A DNA stretch of 63,993 nt, counting the filler, from Octopus bimaculoides (Eukaryota), in assembly GCF_001194135.2 (NCBI RefSeq). It is 8 parts of 5 records of this genome, joined end to end, with 100 filler letters (N's around TTAATTAATTAA, not from the genome) between each part and the next. Parts side by side here need not be neighbours in the genome. Positions count along the whole stretch, not along the records: positions 50,557 to 60,018 come from NC_069008.1; positions 60,119 to 63,993 come from NC_068987.1; 6 more parts are not named here. One strand, 5' to 3'. Both the position numbers and the translations under genes were made by a program. Position 1 is the first letter of the stretch. Each line of letters starts with the position of its first letter. The notes beneath the pieces are model-generated. The model had not been told where the DNA came from and did not search any database. It saw only the letters and a program-made list of their open reading frames with translations. This document shows positions 54,609-63,993 of the stretch, piece by piece.

Positions 54609-55085
54609 GTTCCCTATTTTTTTTATGACGGTTTTTCATTTTTTATTTGTCTAAATATATATTTTCTTCTGCATTTATTTTGTTCCATGCGACAACCATT
54701 CAGACATAAATGTGATTTGCGAGTGATCTGGATGCAAAGAAGAAGAAGAGGAAGAAAAAGAAGAAGAAAATAATAAAAGAAAAGGGTAAGAAAAAGAAGA
54801 AAAAGAAAAACAGTCAGGAAAATTTAAAAAAAAAATAAAAACTAAGAAAAAAACATAGAATCAATGGTTAAACAGTGATGGTCATCATTCAACATTTCAT
54901 CAGGAAATAACATTATATAAATATATACACAACAAAAGTGAGCAAACTGAGACAAACAAAAGAGAAACATAATCATCATCATCATCATCATTATTATTAT
55001 TAGTAATATCATTGTTGTTGTTGTTATCATCATCATCATCATCATCATCATTATTATTATTAGTAATATCATTGTTGTTGTTGTT

Positions 55086-55117
<32 letters not shown>

Positions 55118-55127
55118 TATTATCATT

Positions 55128-55340
55128 AAGGTGGTGAGCTGGTAGAGTCATTAGCACACCGAGAGAAATGCTTGGCGGCGTTTTGTCTGTCTTTACATTC
55201 TGAGTTCAAATTCCACTGAGCTCAACTTTACCTTTCATCCTCTCGGGGTTGATAAACTAAGTACCAGTTTTGTACTGGGCTCGATGTAATTGATTATCCC
55301 CCTTCCCCAGATTTCAGGCCTTGTACCTATAGTAGAAAGG
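55128..55340 (+). mobile_element. SINE family A, alternative-tail subfamily, with (ATT)n tail
   Basis: Head ggtggtgagctggtagag; core; tail cagatttcaggccttgtacctatagtagaaaggattatt. Confidence 0.85.
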
Positions 55341-55382
<42 letters not shown>

Positions 55383-55965
55383 GCCTTTGCACAGCTTCTA
55401 ACGCTGGAGATGTACTACGGTGTCAGCTATCCACTACCAGTGAACTAAGAGTTTTGAGCACCATCGAGAGTATTCGAGCGGTTCCCAGCAGTGCTGTTTT
55501 CTTCAAGTGCTCCACCCTTATTACAGCCCCTATTTGTTCCACGTACTTCACAAGATTTTTACTCACTGTCCCCAGGGCTCCGACAATTATTGGTACTACT
55601 GCTACCTGTTTCATCGACCACAACTGCTTAACCTCCCAAGCTAACCTGTTATACCTCTCGAATTTTCTTTCTTCCTTATCGCATACCTTGTTGTCAGCTG
55701 GACATGCTATATCTATGATCTAGCATTGTTTGTTTTCTTTCTCAATTAACTTATGTCTGGTTTGCTATTCACTGTCTCAAGGTTGCACTGAATCATAAAA
55801 TCCCACAGAATATTTGCATTATCATTTTCGATGATGCCTTTGGGTTTATGATTGTACCACTTTTCTACTGTCAAGTTCACACTTGTTATAAAGTGTCCAA
55901 TGGACAATCCTTGCTATGTTGTCATGACGCCTTTTATATTCTTTCTGGGCTAGTGGCGTACATAC
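55383..55965 (-). mobile_element. 5'-truncated R4/Dong-type LINE (RLE endonuclease domain and 3' UTR) within a (TAA)n tract
   Basis: AQKEYKRRHDNIARIVHW..IIDIACPADNKV..RYNRLAWEVKQLW..VPIIVGALG..KKTALLGTARIL; TTA tracts at 55341-55382 and 55966-56005. Confidence 0.9.
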
Positions 55966-56010
<45 letters not shown>

Positions 56011-56047
56011 TATGAAGGTATCAAGCTGGCAGAAGTGTGTTGGAGAA

Positions 56048-56278
56048 AGGCAGTGAGCTGGCAGAAACGTTAGCATGCCGGGCGAAATGCTTAGCGGTAT
56101 TTCGTCTGCCTTTACGTTCTGAGTTCAATTTCCGCCGAGGTCGACTTTGCCTTTCATCCTTTCGGGGTTGATAAATTAAGTACCAGTTACGCACTGGGGT
56201 TGATGTAATCGACTTAATCCCTTTGTCCTTGTTTATCCCCTCTATGTTTAGCCCCTTTGTGGGCAGTAAAGAAATAAG
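56048..56278 (+). mobile_element. SINE family A, full length, young
   Basis: Near-consensus, CpGs retained. Confidence 0.9.
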
Positions 56279-56833
56279 AAGTGCATTGGAGAAAATGCTT
56301 AACTCTAGACAGAACTGCCCATTGCTGTTTGGCAGCTGTCCTCAAAGTAGCTGGGGGCCTTCAGCCCTGTTTTCAGAGGCTGGATCACAAAGTGATAAGC
56401 CACTTCTTAGGACCTTTCCATGTCCCCCCCCCCACACACACACACTCAGTTCATCAAGGCTGTTCACTCTTCTCTCTGGTACTATACTGCCTGGCCCATG
56501 GCCAGCCATTACTTCAGAAGATGGAACCCACGATGTGGCATCTTCCTCAAGCTGGAATGCAGGGAGAGCTGAATCAGTATATACGGATGGTGTTGGACAC
56601 CAGACAAGTGGAAGTAGCTGACTTCATTCTGAAAAGAACACTAGGATAGGGTAAAAGCAAAGATAAATACAGACAAATTGGTAGCTTTGTGGTTCAGCAC
56701 CTAAAGAGGCAAGCCTATACTGTTGAACCTGGTTGACCTGGTGTCTGTCCATAGATCAGTGAATAGACACCAGGCCAACTATACTGCTAGTGGTGTGGTG
56801 CAGTCAAGACTTCCAGGAACTTGGACAAGGATA

Positions 56834-57066
56834 AGGCGGTGAGCTGGCAGAATCGTTAGCACACCGGGCGAAATGCTTAGCGGTACTTCGTCTGCCGTTA
56901 CGTTCTGAGTTCAATTTCCGCCGAGGTCGACTTTTCCTTTCATCCTTTAGGGGTCGATAAATTAAGTACCAGTTATGCACTGGGGTCAATGTAATTGACT
57001 TAATCCGTTCATCTGTCCTTGTTTGTTCCCTCTATGTTTAGCCCCTTGTGGGCAATAAAGAAATAA
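56834..57066 (+). mobile_element. SINE family A with 17-bp TSD
   Basis: TSD gaacttggacaaggata at 56817-56833 and 57067-57083. Confidence 0.92.
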
Positions 57067-57853
57067 GAACTTGGACAAGGATATATGCAGGGTGAGCAGC
57101 CTTAATTAGAAATGCACTGAGAGAAAGCTAACCTTGAAAGGTGTAGCAGAAGTGCCACCACTGCATCTTTCCCCACTCCCCACATGGTCAAGTGGCAGTA
57201 TGTGTTCTTGCACTTGCTGTGGAAAGTATGCATTCCATTGGTCAGTTGGGCCACCAGTAGCCAGTGCCCTCACAAAGGCAAACTCAGCAAACACACATGG
57301 AGGCTGTACCACTTTCAGATGTTTTCTGAATGGTATGGCCTCCCCTTTGTAACACACATATTTTCTGCAGCCCCTTTTCATTGATGAAACTGCAGTCCTG
57401 GATCCCAAAATGTGTTAAGATTGTAAGTTTTAGCAATATATAGGGAACTAGGGGCGAGTATAGTAGGGTTTAGATACTCTGGAGGAAGCTACTGGTACCA
57501 ACATGAACAAAGTAAATGGTTTGTTTGAGAGGACTTTCATGCTAGGCAGGTGGGGAGATCCCTACAGATAAATTGCAGGAATCTCTGGCCTGGCAGTGTT
57601 ACCAAGGGGCATGACTGGGTCAAGCTGATGTGTGTAGATATGAAAGTGCTACCAGGCAAGACTGTCAGAGATCTGTGCAGAGTAAAGAGACAGTCCTACA
57701 CATCCCTGAAGACGTGTATGACAACTTATATGTTTGACTTAAATTTGACGGTCAAATATAGCTTTATACAGAAATGTTGACATAGGAATAAATTACATTA
57801 ATAATGGATATTAGAGTCAAATCTCTCTCTTAAATTTAAAAATTTTAAACTTT

Positions 57854-57889
<36 letters not shown>

Positions 57890-58739
57890 ATTCTTTTANN
57901 NNNNNNNNNNNNNNNNNNNNNNNNNNNNNNNNNNNNNNNNNNNNNNNNNNNNNNNNNNNNNNNNNNNNNNNNNNNNNNNNNNNNNNNNNNNNNNNNNNNN
58001 NNNNNNNNNNNNNNNNNNNNNNNNNNNNNNNNNNNNNNNNNNNNNNNNNNNNNNNNNNNNNNNNNNNNNNNNNNNNNNNNNNNNNNNNNNNNNNNNNNNN
58101 NNNNNNNNNNNNNNNNNNNNNNNNNNNNNNNNNNNNNNNNNNNNNNNNNNNNNNNNNNNNNNNNNNNNNNNNNNNNNNNNNNNNNNNNNNNNNNNNNNNN
58201 NNNNNNNNNNNNNNNNNNNNNNNNNNNNNNNNNNNNNNNNNNNNNNNNNNNNNNNNNNNNNNNNNNNNNNNNNNNNNNNNNNNNNNNNNNNNNNNNNNNN
58301 NNNNNNNNNNNNNNNNNNNNNNNNNNNNNNNNNNNNNNNNNNNNNNNNNNNNNNNNNNNNNNNNNNNNNNNNNNNNNNNNNNNNNNNNNNNNNNNNNNNN
58401 NNNNNNNNNNNNNNNNNNNNNNNNNNNNNNNNNNNNNNNNNNNNNNNNNNNNNNNNNNNNNNNNNNNNNNNNNNNNNNNNNNNNNNNNNNNNNNNNNNNN
58501 NNNNNNNNNNNNNNNNTGGTAAGTATCTGAAGGTTAATAAGGGAAATAATTAAAAAGAATATTTTGGACCAAATCAAGATAAATTCAAAGAGTCGAATGA
58601 TACGCAAGGAGAATATAATGAAAGAAAAGGATGTAAATTGAGGAATATTACAAAGATATAGCAGAATACCTACTGGACACACACACACCACCACCACCAC
58701 CACCACCATCATCATTGTTTTAGCGCTCATTCTTTGCAA

Positions 58740-59860
58740 GCTTGCATGTGTCAGATCGATGTTATTTATACTGAGGCAGATTTTCTAAGGCTGGATGCCC
58801 TTCCTGTCACCAACCCCAATTTGTTCACAAGCTAGGTAATATTTCTCCATGGCCAGACATGTTTTTGCAGAATACTGGAAATGAACATAAACAAACCAAC
58901 ACCAGTTGTCAAGTAACAGGTGACCGTGAAACTCAAGCATAAAAACATACACATGCGTATACACATACACACACACACACATCTTTTATCATTTTCCTTT
59001 CACTAGCTTCAATCATTTGACTGCAGCCATGCTGGAGCACCGCCTTTAGTCAAACAAATTGACCTCAGGACTTATTCTTTCTCACCCTAGCACTTATTCT
59101 ATCAGCCACATTTGCTGAACCACTCAAGTTACAGGGACAAGCACAGACACAAAGACAGACACACACACACATATATATATATATGATGGGCTTCTTTCAG
59201 TTTCCATCCACCAAATCCACTAACATATGCCATCTCAATGAATTTAGTAAATGGAAACTGTGTGGAAGCCTGTTGTGTCTATCTATTTATATGTAAAATA
59301 TAAATAGATAGACAGCCTGTGGCTAAAGTAGAAGACACTAGTCAAAGGTAGCATGCAGTGGGTCTGAACTCTGAACCACGTGATAGGGAAGCAAGCTTCT
59401 TACCACACAGCTGTATATTTTACATATAAATAGATAGACACAACAGGCTTCCACACAGTTTCCATTTACTAAATTCCTTGAGAAGGCATCCATTGGCCTG
59501 GAGTATAGTAGAAAACTTCTTGCCAAAAAGCCATGATGTACGATGAATGCAAAAGCACAGGGTTGCAAAGTAAGTTGCCTGAACACACAGTATGTTCATA
59601 CCTATGTATGTGTGTGTGTGTGAGTGAGTGAGTGTGCTAGTGTACAGCTTCTCCATTTCTACAAAGAATGGGTAGTGTTGTTGGCAGTTCCTCCCTCAAC
59701 AGCTCATCCATTTGTCCCTTTGAAGCAACTTGGAATAAGAGATTCCCAGACTTGAAATTAAAAAGAAAAAAACATCCGGATAAAAAGGAAGAGCATCCAG
59801 CTGTAAAACTATGCCTCAATAATATATTCACCTAACCCATGCAGTTATGGAGAAAAATGG
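58740..59860. mobile_element. Cluster of old SINE fragments (family B, and an RTE-tail-like family with ggaagggcatccagc)
   Basis: ggctggatgcccttcctgtcaccaaccc at 58790 (minus) and ggaagagcatccagctgtaaaac at ~59786 (plus); CpG-decayed family B copy at 58990-59220. Confidence 0.65.
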
Positions 59861-59959
59861 ATGCAAAAGTCAAATGAAGAACAAGAAGAAAACGTACGGA
59901 TATGAACATGTATAAGTATACACACATACAGACAGATAGGTAGATACACACACACGCAA

Positions 59960-60018
<59 letters not shown>

Positions 60019-62198
60019 NNNNNNNNNNNNNNNNNNNNNNNNNNNNNNNNNNNNNNNNNNNNTTAATTAATTAANNNNNNNNNNNNNNNNNNNNNNNNNN
60101 NNNNNNNNNNNNNNNNNNATAGGCAAAATGTAAATATATATTGGGATATATAGAGAGAGAAACAAAAAATGAAAATATTCAGACTTGTAAACCGGATCTT
60201 TTCTGCTTGGTTGCCAACGGCTCCAAAAATTAAATTTTACCGGAAATTTTTAAATTTGGCAGAATAATACACTTGCCCAAAACTGAATTGCTGAAGTTAT
60301 TTCATTTTTTTTTTTTTTCAGAAAAAATGTTTTAATGAGTTATAGAGGCTTAAAGTTTGATCATTTTCACCTAGTCAGGAAACAGAATTTGGAAGCTGTC
60401 CTTTTGTGCGTGACTGCACATTTTGTTGTCAACATCCTCTAAATAGCACATGTTGTCGATTTTGGGATGCAACACCTGTTGTGTCTGCGGTAATTTCCTT
60501 TTATGTAAACAAATCTTATTTAGCTGTTATTTTTAGCACACCTCACAACCACCAGTATTTAATGATGCAAATGCGATAAACAACACATTACATGCGATAA
60601 ACACATTACAATTTTTAACAGAAATATTTAGAAGAATTAGATGAATTTTCTTTCATGCAAATTTTCTTTCGTGTAAATAAATGTTCATGTTAATTTAAAT
60701 GAAAAAAAAAAGAGTTAGTTTTAAATCTCTGGGCGAGATGTTGGCAAATAGACTTTAATTTTAAAAATTTATCCACAAAATCTTATTTGGCTGTTATTTT
60801 TAGCACATCTCACATCCACCTCAATGCTCAATGACAAAAAGAAACAAAAATTAAACAAGCAATTTAAATATGTTTAAAAAACAAACATTTAACTTTCAGT
60901 TTTAATTTTTAAAATATCCTCCTCTGTTTTCAGTGTTTCTGTAATAGAAGCGAAATTACTGGAGCTTGCTGCCATAATCTTACAGAACACAGCGTCAAAT
61001 TTGTCAACACGTGTTTCCTCGCAGATAAAAGACTGCTCGGATTCGCTTGTTATTATGACAACAGGCACGTTGAGAGACAAAAGAGTTTCCATGTTCCGCT
61101 TCTTACTATCAAAACAACCATGAATGTGTCTGTGGCTTACGATTGGCTAAAATTACCAAAATTTTCAAACTTTAATTACTAATAGCTCTTCATTTATTGA
61201 TTTATAGCAAAAATTACTTTCATTAGCCTATAAAAGTGTATCAATGCACTGAATATGAAATCAATTCGAACAGAAAATTGACGCTAGCAGATGCTGGCAA
61301 TCAAACAGAAAATATCCTGTAAACCTTTAATATACTTAGTATGTTATGCTACACAACGAAATAGTGTCCTAACTAGCAATTGATATGTACATACCAATTG
61401 TTAGGAATGCGTTTAATATGTAAAGTGGTTTATTCAATTGTATTACATTACTAGACTTAGTGGATAAATACATTCCTGACAATTGATAAGGGGAGACAAT
61501 ATGGTATTTCGTGTCCGACAGCTGTTTCTGGAGCTTGGAATTACGTAATAGTTTTAATGTTGACAGGTGGAATGTGTAGAAAGTTGAGGAAATGCTTATA
61601 AACATTACCGTAAATCCGTACCCCGTCTTCAGAGTGGAAAGAGTAGCAACTAGCAGTTCAGATCGTAATGCAAAAGAATTTGAGGATAGAATGGGTGAAG
61701 AAAAAGGCAAATAGAAATAGGTGGAAAGGGGATGTAGGCGGTTCAAGAAGGAGGGGAGTATTGAAGCAGAGTAATGGCATGGAGAAATAGGAGAGGAATA
61801 ACAAGCAGAGAGAAGGGATGAGTGACTAAGGAATTGAGAGAAGTAGGAGTAGAAGTGGTGAGTCGAGAAATGAATAGGAATGGGTGGGATGGGTCGTATT
61901 GTGAAAAGTGGCGTCGTTCTTGAGTATGATGACAATATATGTTATTAATCAATGATGGTGGCGGTTATACAAGTAGAAGAAGCGGTGAATGAACTAGGGA
62001 GTGGGGTTAGGTTACCAAGACTCGAAGTGCTACTGAGGAGGGAGGCAAGTACGAAGAGAGAAGGGAGGGGCGGGTATTGAAACGAGAGGAAGGTGTCGGC
62101 AGGGAGGCGAGGGGTAAAGTCAAAGAATGAAGGTGGGTTGCGAATAAAGAAAGAATACTGAAGTAGGGAGAAATGCATGAAAGTAAATACAGGGAAGT

Positions 62199-62234
<36 letters not shown>

Positions 62235-62235
62235 C

Positions 62236-62267
<32 letters not shown>

Positions 62268-62416
62268 AAGGGAAGGACAGGTTAATAGCAATAGCAAGGG
62301 TTAAGTAGTGATGAGGGGTTCTGATTGAGGATGAGGCCAGGAGGAGGTGGGGAAGGTTGAGGGTAGGGTAGTGGTATAAAGGATGTGCTAGGTAAGGAGC
62401 AGTGTGCGAAGGGAAT

Positions 62417-62775
62417 CGAGGCGTGGCTGTGTGATAAAAAAAAATTGCCCCCCAACCACATGGTTCCGGGTTCAGTGTGAGGGGATTTGGTATACAGAAA
62501 CTGAAACAAGCTCGTTGTATGTGTGTATATATGTATATATCTATGTGTGTGTGTCGTTGTGTCTGTGTTTGTCCCACACAACGACTTGATAAATGGTAAT
62601 GGCGTGTTTACACCTCCATAACATAGCGGTTCTACGAGAGAAATCGATAGAATAAGTATCAGGCTTTAAAAAATAATAAAAAATACTGGGGTCGATTCAT
62701 TCAACTAAAAATTCTTCAGGGCAGTGCCCCAGCAAGGCCACAGTCTAATGACTGAAACAAGTAAAAGATAAAAGA
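62417..62775 (+). mobile_element. SINE family B, diverged, with internal deletion
   Basis: gaggcgtggctgtgtg..catggttccgggttcag..gtctaatgactgaaacaagtaaaag. Confidence 0.8.
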
Positions 62776-62784
62776 TAAAAAATA

Positions 62785-62823
<39 letters not shown>

Positions 62824-63011
62824 NNNNNNNNNNNNNNNNNNNNNNNNNNNNNNNNNNNNNNNNNNNNNNNNNNNNNNNNNNNNNNNNNNNNNNNNNNNNN
62901 NNNNNNNNNNNNNNNNNNNNNNNNNNNNNNNNNNNNNNNNNNNNNNNNNNNNNNNNNNNNNNNNNNNNNNNNNNNNNNNNNNNNNNNNNNNNNNNNNNNN
63001 NNNNNNNNNNN

Positions 63012-63053
<42 letters not shown>

Positions 63054-63510
63054 AGGGAGGGATAAGTAAAAGGGATATGTTGTTAGCACAGCAACATATA
63101 CACATCCAAAACTGGTTGCGTTTCCTTGACTTTTTGCATACCCCATCTGCCAACATTACAACTGTTACATAACTCTGAGCCCCAGAAATAGTTGTCGGAC
63201 CTGAAATAGCATACCTTTTATCATTAGTTTTCTATACCCTTTGTACTCCATGCAAATTTGTTCTGTAAATATATAAATATTTATGTTTAAGCACAAATGT
63301 TCATCTTTTGGATATTTTCGGTTTTTCTTTCTTTCTCCATATATCCCTGTATATATTTACGTGTATATACGTACGTGTGTATACTTTATATATCAAGCCC
63401 AAGCGTATTTATTTGCATCTTTCTGTCCCTCTCTCTCCTCTCTCTCCCTCTCTCCTCTCTCTCCGTCTTTCTCCTTCCTCTGCCTCTCTCTCTCCTCTCT
63501 CTCTCACTCT

Positions 63511-63584
<74 letters not shown>

Positions 63585-63948
63585 ATACATGTATATCCTA
63601 ACCAAATGTTTTCTAAGCATCATTTAGTAATACATTTATTTGAATTCATGGACCACAGACGCTCGTCAATGTTATATGAATTCAAATCTTGCTCCCAACA
63701 TGGCCGTCTTATTTTCATTGTCCATAGAATCACAATTCAATATCGACATTCATTCCCTGAACAGCTCGAACCAATCGGAGAATATAAATGGCAGTAACAA
63801 TTGCATTTATACTAACGCGTGAGAAATGTTTTGACAAAGTCCAACTGTGAACTGACGCAATTCTGTCTTTGAACCATTTCATTAAGCGCCTAGTTTTCTT
63901 CTTGTACAGTGTTACGTGACCAACACTTTCTCTATCTCTCTCTCTCTA

Positions 63949-63993
<45 letters not shown>

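Noticed and set aside
56834-56930. tRNA-like sequences with A/B boxes (also at 2752, 30106, 47341 and elsewhere)
   Set aside because: These are SINE heads: fused to repeat bodies, often with TSDs, and lacking a complete cloverleaf.
63760-63800. CCAAT plus TATAAA promoter-like pair
   Set aside because: Short motifs expected by chance in AT-rich DNA; no linked exon visible.

Overview
Repeat-saturated, AT-rich eukaryotic (metazoan) genomic DNA from a draft assembly with many N-gaps. A cephalopod (octopus-like) source is inferred from the SINE families and microsatellite load; this was not database-verified. The only well-supported host coding sequence is a minus-strand gene fragment: a SUEL/Gal-lectin-like exon (7852-8214) spliced in phase 1 to a CUB-like exon (6408-6767), plus a weak candidate third exon. 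The rest is mostly mobile DNA: at least four tRNA-headed SINE families, many R4/Dong-type (RLE) LINE fragments associated with (TAA)n, one Tx1/L1-type LINE, RTE-like and Penelope-like remnants, Tc1/mariner fragments, foldback/MITE-like inverted repeats and simple repeats. The most interesting signal is a set of type I hammerhead-ribozyme motifs. One sits near the 5' end of a ~600-bp non-coding element that ends in the 3' tail of an R4/Dong LINE also present in this window (32506-33100). Another sits in a tRNA-headed SINE-like element with a Penelope-style inverted partial copy (47255-47735). No CRISPR array, rRNA or true tRNA gene is supported. Family names come from recognising motifs by eye, and most TE boundaries are approximate.
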